A stretch of DNA of 40,622 nucleotides, taken from Batkoa obscura (lineage: Eukaryota). The stretch's first letter is position 1, and each line of letters starts with the position of its first letter. The stretch covers positions 1-40,622 of the forward strand of contig JASVEC010000151.1 of assembly GCA_030770535.1 (NCBI GenBank). Reading direction: 5' to 3'. Below the pieces are notes generated by a model. The model was not told the DNA's origin. It did not search any database and saw only the letters and a list, made by a program, of their open reading frames with translations. Positions 11,194 through 23,203 of the stretch are shown in pieces. The translations under genes and the position numbers were made by a program.

Positions 11194-12435
11194 TTAAAAC
11201 GGCAGGGTTTGAATAATATATAAGTAGAACGCAACTAACAAGGTCATAATGGGAAGACAAAGTATATATGAGTACAAAAGTAGCATAGACATTTCTTCTT
11301 CAAATTTGTTAACGGATTGACATACATTCAATAGGTTGATAGCTGTTGGAGTGGATACTAAAATCATCATAGTCAACACAAATACTGGGTCGTCGCCTAG
11401 ATAGAACCATGGTTGTGCTAAAATAAGTAAACTTATCACCACCAATGGTCCCAAGAAAAATCGAGTTACAATAACTAAACCTACAGCTCGGAAATCAACA
11501 CTTCGAGATTCTTGCAGCAACATGGATATATTACAACCTAAACCTATAAGAACAATAGGAATAGCAGCTCCACTACATACTTTTAATGAATTAGCAACTG
11601 CTCCGAATATAGGTGATGGACCATATAATAATCCTTTAAGCTGAGGAATAGATCCGACTAATAAAGCAGCAAAAATTGCAACTAAGGGTGGATTAAAAAA
11701 GTTATAAATACTTGAGAATACTGGTCTAATGAAATTTATGAATCTTTGACAAAGTGGGGTATTTTCTTGGTTATTCTTAATTAATGGTGTTGATTCATCA
11801 TCAATTATCTTATAACTGTTTCCGCCTGCTTCAACAATTTCATTTACTTTATCTTCTGGGTTTTGAATTAAAGTGACGCCATAACTCCATCTTACAATAT
11901 TAGAAACTGCAGCAAATAAAACAATATACGTAATCCCTCTCCCTTCAATTTCTTCTAAAGTATCTTTTTCATCCCAAAGGAGATGGTGAGCAATGGAGCT
12001 AATAGCTATACTTTGAATCAAAGACATTGGTAAAGAGTTACTATTTGAAGTAATGGAGGCCAAAGTGACAAATTTGCGCATAGGTTCAGGTAAACCTAAA
12101 ATCTTTGAGCCAAGCTTTGATATACTCCAGCATACTAAAAATAAGGTGAAATAAACAATAGGGATTGGCCACATACTTAAATATGTAGTTAAAGTGGCAT
12201 TTGATGCCATCTTGGTAAATAATAAACATGGGGTAAAAAACTGTACATTAATTTTTGATAATCCCTATAATTCGGCTATTAATACATTATACTGGTAATT
12301 GTTACTATTGAAACTTACTTTATGGATAGTTTTATCAATTAGGCCTTTTCTCATTAAGATAAAACCAAATAAGCAGGTACAAGCTACTTGTAAAATAGCT
12401 TGTAGCGAAGAAGTAATTAAAGGAAGGATCTCCAT
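11194..12435 (-). CDS. Auxin-efflux-carrier (PIN-like/PILS, Mem_trans) family membrane transporter
   Basis: ATG at 12433-12435 (MEILPLITSSLQAILQV), one intron 12265-12318, then FFTPCLLFTKM...SNSNSLPMSLIQSI...RGITYI...VRWSYG...FNPPLVA...AIPIVLIGLG...DDPVFV...PTAINL. Confidence 0.9.
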
Positions 12436-14040
12436 TCTACAACAGAAACAGAAAATTATTTAAAGTTTATCGATAAAATATAAAATATAAATCATTTTAT
12501 TTTGCTTATATACTTTTTGCAAAAAGAATAGTTTGTATCAGATAAAATAAAGATTATTTAATGTTTAGGTGTATCTCTTTATCTTATCTAAGCTTTCTTG
12601 GCTCTATTTGGAAATAAATTAAAATAATTAAATGAACTATTGGTTAAATTGAGTTTTACTCTAAAACCTTATTCTAAAGCTCAATCAGCCAAGTGTTTGT
12701 AAGAATTGTATAAACCCGTCTTGATTTGCTAAGCTTCTATATAGTGATGATCATTTTTTAACTGTATACTAAATTTAAATTGTTATTAATATGGTAAATA
12801 TATCATGCGTATAGAATATCTACCTCTTTGTAATATATAAAACTGTATATTACATTAAACACGGTTATATTTAATAGCCAAAGATAGTTCCTCTAATATA
12901 TATTAATTATTAATAAAGCGGAAAAACATTAATGACAAAATATAAAAGTGGGTTCTAAGTAGAATTTTGTAATAATTTAATAATGCACATATAAAAAGAA
13001 TATTCCTATTTATCCTATTTAGAAACTGTGTTAAGAATGGCATCATAAAACAAATCATTGACAACCAAATAGCTGATGATAAATTAAATTTTATAGCTTA
13101 TCTGAAATTGATATTGCACGTGGAGCTAATGCTATAGTATTATTGGATAAATTGAATACAAGGTTAAAATTTTGTCTTTACTTCTTTCAAAATTTATCAT
13201 AAAATTACTAATAAACGTTTTAATAATATACAGTAACTAGAGAGTAAATCTAGAATGTAAAATAGGTATATAGACATTACTTTATAATATAATAATTAAT
13301 ATATATATCAAACAAGTTACGGATAATAATAAGCATAACTGTAATATTGAATAATTTATTAATATAAAATTTATTAGTGTAAAGTAAAAAAGCATCTAAT
13401 TTAGAGCATATAACCGAGAAGTATGATATGAAATGTGATATATATGACGGTGGAACTGAGATCATAAAAGAATTCTTTAACGATAACATAGTATTAAATT
13501 AAGACTTAAATGGGTAGGGTAAATAATATTTGTTAATAAAACGTCAAGTAATAAATAAAGAATAAAACATGATTTGTATAACATTTTATTTACCCATGAT
13601 TCTTTATTTAACTATAAATTTAATTAAACTTTCGGGTTTATTATGACTATTCTGATCATTTTAACCATTTATGAGCTTTACATAAGTCTCTATATAATTG
13701 TTCTGTTACAGCTGTTAAATCTTAATCGTACAGTGACTAATTGTTCATTTTAAAATAAAATTACGAATTGACCTCCAAATTGCCATAACTATTAAATTAT
13801 TGATTATAAAAATTACCGCTAGTCACTACATAAGTAATTTAATATATAGATATAATATTGAGATCATAATTATTGTTATCTTATTAAATCCTCAAGGTTT
13901 TTATTTTTAATATTTCTATAAAATTTTATTTTTTGCTTTTGAGTATAACCTAAAATTTCATGTTATAATAAATATGTATACCATTATTTTGTTGATGTGA
14001 TAAGATTGAAAATATTTTTCTTAATTTCTTTTTATGATAT

Positions 14041-14143
14041 GGGAGTGTTTTTTTTGACTTCATTATTTTTTCCATTTTTTAAGCGCTATTTATTTGAGTG
14101 GAAAATTTGTTGGTAAAATTCTTAAATACAAAAATACATCCCC
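14041..14143 (-). mobile_element. MITE family A copy
   Basis: ATAT-GGGAGTGTTTTTTTTGAC...AAAAATACATCCCC-ATAT. Confidence 0.9.
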
Positions 14144-14193
14144 ATATCTTAAATATCTTGGAATAAACAAAGTTATTAATTTCAATTATAATA

Positions 14194-14286
14194 TGATATA
14201 TTTTTTGTCTAACAATTTTACTAGTAATTTTTTCACTTAAATAGCACTTGAAAATAAAAAAGTGATGAAGCCAAAGAAATATCCTC
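14194..14286 (+). mobile_element. MITE family A copy, degenerate, inverted relative to 14041-14143
   Basis: ...CACTTAAATAGCACTTGAAAATAAAAAAGTGATGAAGCCAAAGAAATATCCTC-ATAT. Confidence 0.75.
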
Positions 14287-14619
14287 ATATTAATTTGAAT
14301 TTTATATTTTCTAATTAATTTTATATTTTGCTTAAATACTTCAAAACTTTAATTATCATTCTAGTAAATATAATTTAAATTTTTTTTAAAAGCAATAGTC
14401 AAAAATTAATTTCATCAATATTTAAAACAAATGATAGTTTTAAAATATAAACAATAAACTCAAATTAAAACAGATAATATATTTGAAGAAATAGTAATAT
14501 TTAAAAAGCCATTTTTATTAAAGGTGATGTATAAAGGAGCAAATACTAATCATTTACTTAAAATCATAGTAAAAATGAAAAATAGCAGCAGAGTGTATTA
14601 ATCATTAATATCAGCTTAT

Positions 14620-17600
14620 TTAAATGAAATAATCAAGTTCATAACGTTGATAAGTATTATTCTCATCATCTTCAACACGAGGGTAGTGTGCAACTAGGGT
14701 GTCAGGGGAGTAGATATAAGTATTGTTGTAAAACTTCCAATAAATTTCACGAACTTTACGTGCTGGATGGAAAAGCCCTTGTAATATATATTGAAGGATA
14801 CGTCCAGATCCAAGTGAAACGCGGAGACCATCAACTGCCTCGCTTACGGCTGAGATAACATGTGGAGAAGTTTCAAAAACATTGGGCCAGACAAAGTTAA
14901 GAAGATGTAAAAGAGCATCTTCACATCCTAAACCATATACACCAAGTGCAAGATGTTTAACAGTAGTGCAAGCAGTTTGACGATGAACAAGATCTCTATC
15001 CATTAATGCATCTTCAAGGATTGGAGTGACAGCATAAATATAATCTTTAGCCATTTCACCAATATATTCGAATAAGAAAGATAATGTTTTTAATACACCA
15101 TTTTGAACATTAAGCTCTGGAACACGGTATTCATTCATAAGAGCAGGGAGTACTGTGAAAGGAGCACAGGTTTCAGCAACAATGGCAATAGCAACAGTAG
15201 TGCATACACGATTTTGACGCTCCTGAACTTTAAGATTGTTAAGTAAAATTGCAAGAACATCCTGTGGCCCAATAGCTTTAGCAATATACCCAAAAGTATT
15301 AACGGCAGCACGACGAATCCCTTTTTTATGAGCCTTAAGCATGTCTAAAAGCTCAATACAAATACGCATCCATTCTCTAGCAGAAACAAACTCTGCACCT
15401 CTATCAGCGATACGACCGACTAAATCAATACAATTTTCTTGTACTTTTTCATGTCTATTTTTAAGAATCGGTGTTAAGCGAGGAAGAAGATCTTTAATTG
15501 GAGGAGTCATACTAGCCATACCAATTACATTGATAATACCCTTAAGAGCACCAAGGATAGATCCTAACACTTCAGGATATTCTTCTCCTAAATATTCATA
15601 TAATACTACACCAAGTTGCCCCATAAGCTTTTCTTCTCCACATGTACGCATGACAACAGCAATTTTAGCAATTAAATCAGCGGCTTGTTGACGAACTTTG
15701 GCTGATTTGTTATTAAGGCGCCAAAGGATAGCAGAATTAATTTGTGGTAAATATGGTAAAGCTCTACGACCGAAAGCATTGACTACAGAACCAAATCCAT
15801 TCAAAATTACGGATTCTTCTAAAGTTTGTTCTTGGAAAGCATAAAGGATACCATCAACAAGGGTTTCCTCTAATTTTGTATCAATATCGGCAACTCCTAA
15901 TGAGACAACTATCTTTTCAATAGTTTCCATGACCATTTTACGATAAGGTCAGATTCATCCTTCAAATCTAAAGCAATTCTTGATACGATTTCAGATACAC
16001 CAACTTTGTTTGAAAGCTCGACTGTAGTTTCAACAAGTTGTTTATAATTACGACGATCTAAAGCCATACGGCGAAATGACGGAAAAAGTCTGGTAAAATG
16101 TCTTCTTTAATATATTGTGGAGTAACACCATCTGTAGCAGCACATTGTTTAACTACTTTGAGGACTATTTTTTTCATTTCTTCATCAGGGGTTTGAAATT
16201 CACGAATTAAAATTACCATAACTCCTTTAGTATAGTAACCTGCCCACTCGGTATCCATTAAAGGAATAAGATAACCAATTGCTTTTAAAAAAGCAGCAAG
16301 ACCTTTACCACGATGTTTTCTAGTGCCATTCCAAAGAGGTTTGATGACAGGACCAAATGATTCAATACCGTATGGTGCAGCAGCTTCTGCAAGAGCTGCA
16401 ATAGCAAGAGCGGTAATAGTACGTACCTTTTGCTGTTCATCATCTAAACCATGCTGAATAGTCTCAACTAATCCTCTTAAATGAGGCAAAATTGCGCATC
16501 CCATTAAAATAGAGATTTGTTGAATGATTTTGATACCAGTATGACGAGCTTGCCATGATTTTTTGGATTTACATACAGCTTTTAAGAAAGGTAATAATAC
16601 AGGAATACCTAAAGAGGATGCAACAACAGAGAACGCACGAGCAGTAGTGTTACGTACGTATTCATCAGTGCTATCGATATCTGGGCGCATAGTAGCAATC
16701 ATAGTTGCTAAACCAGCTGCTTTCGATAAATTACTAATAATCTCACGACCTTCGACACGTGCATAATAATCTTCATCAATTAGCAAAGGCTCAATTACTA
16801 CTAAAATTTGATGTACAAATGGACGAACTAAATCATCTAATTTATAAAGAATTCTGTCGATAACTTTGACCAAAAGATGGCGTTCTTGATCTTCAAGTGC
16901 AGTAGACATAAGTAATGGCAAAATCTTTTTTAAAAGTGGACCAGCTCCAAAATCACGAGCCTTATCGGTAATAGTACGTAATGCAGATTTACGCATTGGT
17001 GGAGTACCATTTTTGATCTTTAATAATAACTTTAAAATTTTACGCTCTTTAAGCTCTTCAACTGGTAGAGATTCTTCATCTGCGTTGTCCAACAAAGTCC
17101 CGAAATATTTCATATCTTCAGTTTTAAAGAATGGGAGGCTTCCAACTCCAGGAATTTCAGTTGGGGCGTCAATGCTGGCGGTCATTGTCATTTGTTGATC
17201 TTCCATCATCATAAATCCACTAGTACCAGCCATTGGGGTTGGGGTTGCTGTTAATTTTCTTGCAGGTGTGTGGATGGGAACATAAGATGCAGGGGGTTCT
17301 AAAATCTTATAACCAGTTGACGGGAGTAATTTGTCAAGATAATCATCAGTCATAGGTAAATTTCTAGCCTCAATTTCCCGTTCCCATCTTAGAGCATTAG
17401 ATACCTCTGGGGTCATTGAGCCTAATGGTACTCCACCAGCCACGCCATACCCTGGGTTACTTGGAGTAGCGCCTTCCTGAACAATACCAACTGGAGTCTC
17501 ATCCCATCTTGACTTATTTCTTTTCCCTGGGGTTTCTGAGACTGAACTTCCCGATGTTTTGGGAGTTTCATCCCATCTTGAAGAGCTTTCATTTGCAGGA

Positions 17601-18233
17601 GTTTCGTCCCAGCGGTTTCTTTTACGTAAAGCATCTTTATCAGAAGCTCTTGGAGTTTCGTCCCATCTACTGGATGAGCGACTTGATACAGAAGATGAAT
17701 CAGATGCAACTGGAGTGGGCATATCCCATCTACGTCTTTTTGGAGCTGTATCTTTTTGTGCTTCCTTTTCTTTATCTCTGATCGCCTTCATTACTCTCTC
17801 TGCTTCACGATCAAGTTCCACACTTTTCATAACTTCAGAATATACTCTTGCGTTACTCGAATCTTGATCTTTACTAAAAGCATCTACTCTTTCAGGGGAA
17901 AGATCACGTTGAAATCTTCTAGCACGATAATCATCTTCTCTCTCGGCTATTACCTTGCTAGTTTTTTTATCAACATTCGCAAATGGATCAACATCATGAT
18001 CTATTAAATCATCTTCCCCTGGTAAAGGTAAACTGGTTTCATAATTAGAACGATCCTCAGTTGTATAAATATCTTGATCGAAACTCACCTTCCCCACCAT
18101 AGAGACTCTATTAAGATTTTCTTGTTGCCTTTTATTGGCTTCTCTTTCGAGTTCTTTAGCCTTCACTTTGGCCTCAAGATCTATTAAACTTTTTAGTACG
18201 TTTTACATTAATAAATATTAATTTACCTTCCAT
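14620..18233 (-). CDS. SF3B1: U2 snRNP splicing factor 3B subunit 1, with two frameshifting deletions in this sequence
   Basis: RWDETP repeats, [22 protein letters not shown] repeats and C-terminal [13 protein letters not shown] at 18231-18233, intron 18181-18226. The two large ORFs are bridged by [20 protein letters not shown]...KDES read in a third frame. Confidence 0.97.
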
Positions 18234-19373
18234 TTTCAATAAAAAAAATAATTTTTTGAAATGACTTAGGTTAAGATTTATGCTTATTCAGTTATCCAAT
18301 AGCATTCGAATTTAGTATCGCGTAGTTCAAAAAAAAACCAATGATTAAAACCTTTACGGGTAAAAATTAGAAACTTACCCAAATGAACAAAAATGAGAGG
18401 GAAGGCGTTTCAATTAAAAGCTTATTTTGGTTTTGTAGATAATAGTGACCTTCCTTTCAGCGTTTTGCTCACTTTTATAGCTAAAATTTAAAATCGCTGA
18501 AGTAAAAAGGTATTCTAACATTTTAGTTAATTAATGGTACTAAATTATAGCTTCAATAGCAATGAAATTAATAGAGCGTAAGAAATTCTCTTTTATTATT
18601 AGGTATTATAGCTTATGATTTTTAAAGTTACTTTAAAGAATGTTTTAATGGACAGTGGTATTAATTAGGTAATTGAGTTGTGGATGAAACAATATTTTTT
18701 GTCACTTTGTCGTGGTAGATAGTGTAGCTTAATGTTTAATCACTTAGATTGAAGTGGATACTCGATCTTAAAATATGTTCCCATCAAACGGTCTATATTT
18801 TTGAAGCCAAGCTATAGTCGATAATAAGTCCTAATAAGTTCTAATAAATGAAACATTTTTGCTTGCAAACCCTGTATTATGTTTTACAATCTTTGATCTA
18901 TTGAAACTTTATTTTAAGATTGTAATCTGAGCTATTGATTAAATTATAGTCAAAGTTTAAATACACAATAGTAAAATTTTAATTAAACTTTAATTTGCTA
19001 AATCTGAAGATAAAATAAGATGTTTAAAATCATCACTATGTGGTTACTTAGAAAAATAATAGCAATTTTGATTTTTAAATAATCTGAAATATAACCAAAA
19101 AACAAGTAAATCGTTTTGATTTATAGTTAGCTATTTACAAACATTGAAGATAGTATTTACTATATTCTAAGATAGGCTAAATAGACCAGATATTAAAAAA
19201 GCTTATAGTCAAATCAATCACTCTGAATCCTTTAAAACAACCTTTTTAACCAATGGATTTTATAATATATGTTTCTTAAAGTATAATAATCTGCTAGGAA
19301 ATGCTGCAGCCCATTTTTACAATAAGGCTTTATTTTAATAATCTTTATATCATAGTCATAAAATTCAAAGTAT

Positions 19374-19567
19374 GAGGATTTTTTTTTGACTTCATCACTT
19401 TTTCCATCTTTCAAGTGCGCTATTTGAGTGGAAAAATTGTTAGGAAAATTCAAATACAAAAATACATTCTCATATGAAGTGTTTTTGATTTTATCAGTTT
19501 TTCCATTTTTTAAGTGTTATTTGAGACGAAAAATTGTTAAAATTGTTAAAAAAAAAGACACATCCCT
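19374..19567 (-). mobile_element. Two head-to-tail MITE family A copies (19374-19471, 19476-19567)
   Basis: Junction ...ACATTCTC-ATAT-GAAGTGTTTT...; ends ACATCCCT-ATAT. Confidence 0.85.
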
Positions 19568-19957
19568 ATATATACATTTGGAATGATTTCTTTATAAAGC
19601 TAAGATTCAATAACGAAGTTTTTACCCTTTAATTTAACGTTTTGATTTTCTTTAAATGTATTAACCCCACAGATTTAATATTTAAAGTATGATAATTGAG
19701 GTTGCTCTTTATTTAATTTGTCTAGCCAATAATAGCATAACCTTGTTAAGTGGCAACTTTTTTTAACAGTAGCACAAAACAATGATCAGAAGCACATGTC
19801 AATAATCTAAAATAGCTTACAATTTTAAGTTTACCAAATTATGGATTATTTGATATACTTGGAATGTACATCATGTTATGTATGGATGATTATGTATATT
19901 TAAATTGAAAAATTCACAACCTTTTTTTCTTTATCGATTGTCAATTATTAATTGAAT

Positions 19958-20542
19958 ATGAATTTTAAATTTCTTATAAGCTTAATTTTATTATCCTTTG
20001 TATTATCTCAAGTTTATGATGACTCTCAAAGAGGTGATGTTTGTGATAGAAACCTTTCTACTTGTATAGTTATATGTTATAATCATGATAAGGGACAGCC
20101 ATTAACAAACACATGTGATCCAAATACATTTAATTATGAATGTGTGTGTGCCGGAGACTACAGACCGCCACTAAACAGTAATTTTAATCCATTTTACAAT
20201 GCTTATTTTAACATATTTTTAGATAACACACTACCAGCTGCAACAGCAAAATGTCAAATAGAAGGTCAACAATGTAAAGCTGGTTGCAATGGGGCTCCGG
20301 GATGTGCCGAAAAGTGTAATTTAGGCCATATTTGCCTTGGGATCGAAGAAAGAGCTAATAATAATACAAATTCTGCAAACTCAACTTCAACTTCAATCTC
20401 GCTTACTATCACAGCAGTTAATGCTGAAACCTCAAAGCCGTCTATTTATTCTGATACTACTTCTTCCTCCTTTAAAGTTTCTTCAAACTTTATACTGTGT
20501 TCAATTCTGACCGTATTTTCTATCTCTTTCTATCAAATATAA
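19958..20542 (+). CDS. Cysteine-rich secreted, probably GPI-anchored cell-surface protein
   Basis: Signal peptide MNFKFLISLILLSFVLS; 12-Cys domain including NTCDPNTFNYECVC and TLP...C..C..C; Ser/Thr-rich stalk; hydrophobic C-terminal tail. Confidence 0.8.
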   Translation: MNFKFLISLILLSFVLSQVYDDSQRGDVCDRNLSTCIVICYNHDKGQPLTNTCDPNTFNYECVCAGDYRPPLNSNFNPFYNAYFNIFLDNTLPAATAKCQIEGQQCKAGCNGAPGCAEKCNLGHICLGIEERANNNTNSANSTSTSISLTITAVNAETSKPSIYSDTTSSSFKVSSNFILCSILTVFSISFYQI

Positions 20543-21272
20543 TTAAATTTTTTCAAACTAGCCCTAAATAAACAGTATTTTAAATTAATTATTTAATATT
20601 TTTATTTCGTTTTACATACATAGTACTTTTCTGTTTTAAAAATACTATTAACAATGGATATTTCTAAATTTTAATTTTATTCAAACTTCATAAATTTGTC
20701 TTATTTTTAATATTACGAATTGGAATAGGATGTTGTTTGAAAACATATAGCTATTAAGCTTGAATAGTAGCGTAATAATTTTTATCTGATTAAAGTCATC
20801 ATTTTAATTGCAGAACAGCTTGTAGTTGAATGTCTTTCATGCTTTTTTAATTTGTGGTCAGTTTTTTCCAATATGGATTTTGAGGGCTATAGCTTTTGAA
20901 ATATCTTAAATTTTTAAATTTTTTTAGCCCTAAACTAAAAGCAATAAGGAGGGATTTAACTACAAATTATGCCATCTAAATAAAAGCTACTTTTTGCACA
21001 AACGAATATCATAAATTACAATAGTTTTTCATGTACAGTAATTTTTATTTTGAATATTACTCTAGAATTGAATCTAAAATTTCTTTAATATATTGCAAAA
21101 ATTCTCAAGTAGTTTTTGCAAATATAAAATTAGTTATCAAATCAGAATTTCGAAAAATATTTTAAACTGCAGGGGTTTTGAGAATTTTTGACCAAAGTTG
21201 AAGGTATAATAAAAACAAGCCAATCACTACTTAACTCTTCCTTTACACTTTTTACAAAAAAAATCAGTCAAA

Positions 21273-21780
21273 ATGGGTCGTATGCATGCTCCTGGAAAAG
21301 GTATTTCTGGCTCCGCCACTCCATTCCGTCGTAATCCACCAAGCTGGGTTAAGACTACTTCTCTTGACTTAAACGAGCATATCTGCAAATTAGCCAAGAA
21401 AGGTCTTACTCCATCCCAAATTGGCGTTCTTTTACGTGATAGTCATGGTGTCCCTCAAGTTAAGGCCATCACTGGTAACAAAGTTTTACGTATCTTAAAA
21501 TCCAACGGCCTTGCCCCAGAAATCCCAGAAGATCTTTATCATCTTATCAAAAAGGCTGTCGTTGTCCGTAAACATCTTGAACGTAACCGTAAAGATAAAG
21601 ACTCTAAATTCCGTCTTATTTTGATTGAATCTCGTGTCCATCGTCTTGCTCGTTACTACAAAAAAGCTGGTCAACTTCCACCAACCTGGAAATAGTAAGA
21701 TTATTATTTTTATTTCTTCAAGAGTTATTTAACAATTTTTTTTTAGCGAATCCTCAACTGCCTCCACTTTAGTCTCATAA
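21273..21780 (+). CDS. RPS13: 40S ribosomal protein S13 (uS15), 151 aa
   Basis: [12 protein letters not shown]...[23 protein letters not shown]; intron 21695-21746 (GTAAGA...TTTAG) restores the C-terminus [13 protein letters not shown]. Confidence 0.98.
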
Positions 21781-21844
21781 ATGTGCAAATAAATTGGTGA
21801 ATATTTAGTTATTCAGTGGTAATTATTTTATTTATTTATTCAGT

Positions 21845-21934
21845 GGCAAATGACGACAACCTTATATTTACTAACCAAATAATATAATTATTGGTAATGA
21901 AGTAGATAAATTTGTATTCACACTGTCTGATGCC
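21845..21934 (+). ncRNA. Box C/D snoRNA, snR51/SNORD41(U41)-type LSU rRNA 2'-O-methylation guide
   Basis: Terminal stem GGCA/TGCC; C box ATGACGA (21850-21856); D box CTGA (21927-21930); guide TTTGTATTCACACTG is complementary to conserved LSU CAGUGUGAAUACAAA; the D+5 rule points to the U after CAG (yeast Um2729 equivalent, from memory). Confidence 0.85.
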
Positions 21935-22027
21935 TTATTGTATTTTATAGTACAAATTACAGTAATTAATTACATTTAAATCATAGTTAAATTTGTGCTC
22001 TTCGCATTATTTATTTTAAAGGTACGA

Positions 22028-22093
22028 TGGGATATTTCTGTCTAAGATGTGGAATCTTTTCAAGGTACGGGTACCTTGGGCAGAATATCACCA
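22028..22093 (+). other. Candidate structured RNA hairpin downstream of RPS13
   Basis: TGGGATATTTCTGTCTAAG (22028-22046) pairs with CTTGGGCAGAATATCACCA (22075-22093) using G-U pairs and bulges; G/C-richer island in AT-rich flanks. Confidence 0.6.
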
Positions 22094-23203
22094 AGCCTAA
22101 TTATTTATTTTTTGTCTAATAAACTCTTTAATCTATTATTCTTTAATCTTTTATAACCATAATTTTAAAATAATACTTTTTTTATAATATTACAGTCTTC
22201 ACATAAAAAACTTAAAATCATTATTTAAGTATCTGAAACAAGATCGAAGAACATGAAAGCCTATTTACAAATTTAATACAACAAACAATTTATTTCGATT
22301 TAGTTATTTGTTAAAAGGTTTTAATTAAGCTAAAACAATATATTTATTCAAACTTGATATCAAATATATACAAATAAACATTAATTAGTTTACAAAATTC
22401 TTAATTAAACCTCATTTTAATCAACTATAACATTTTCAGAAAAGTAATATTAATTTTTTTTTATATTATAACAATAGACATATTATTTAATGAGGTTTAT
22501 CTTATTTTTAAGAAAAATAAGACAATTTAGTATAAAGAATTAATCCACCGATTTAAATATATTAAGACTTATTTAAAATAACTCAAAATCTAATTAACTA
22601 TGTAATATGTATTCCTATAGTTTCAATAATAAATCTATTAAATAATATGAGATAATTATTAGAAAATGATAGTTTTAATTAAGTTTTAATTAATTAATTT
22701 CAATTTTTATATAAAGTAATTTTAGTTGAAATAATATACTATTTATGGTTAATAAGATATTACTTTCATTGAACGTTGATAAAGTATATTGTAAATATAC
22801 AAAGTATATAAATTAAGTTGATAAAGATTAAATTGATGTGCTTTGATTATAACTTGGTAAGTAAAGTGATTAACTACACTTAATATAGAAAGTGATTGGG
22901 TAAAATCTCTTTCATAAAATGAGTCTTAAAGTAACCAAGCATAAACTGTACCCTATTATACCATGATCTAAGAGCGAAATCCAACATGATTGGATTATCT
23001 AAATATGGAAAAAACAGTGGAGCTTTCGATTAATACCAGTTCTAACAATTTCTACAAGAGGTTTAAACTGATGTGGATTGTATTTTATTAAACATAACAA
23101 ATCTTTTGCTTTATTTAACTAGTGAAATTATAGAATTTTATTTATTATAATCTCATCACTTTAATAACTTTTTACTATTTTTTGCTTATAAATTAATTTG
23201 CCA

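Noticed and set aside
13075..13106. TGATGA...CTGA as a second C/D snoRNA
   Set aside because: Too short, no terminal stem and no recognisable guide
15341..18007. Several plus-strand and alternate-frame ORFs
   Set aside because: Shadow ORFs of SF3B1; the same applies to short antisense ORFs over ULP2, the RhoGAP, GlnRS and the LRR gene
21693..21695. Premature TAG in RPS13
   Set aside because: It spans the exon/intron boundary TA|GTAAG; splicing gives TAC (Tyr)
22028..22093. SECIS element or tRNA
   Set aside because: No AUGA/GA quartet geometry, no in-frame UGA in the upstream gene, no cloverleaf or T-loop consensus
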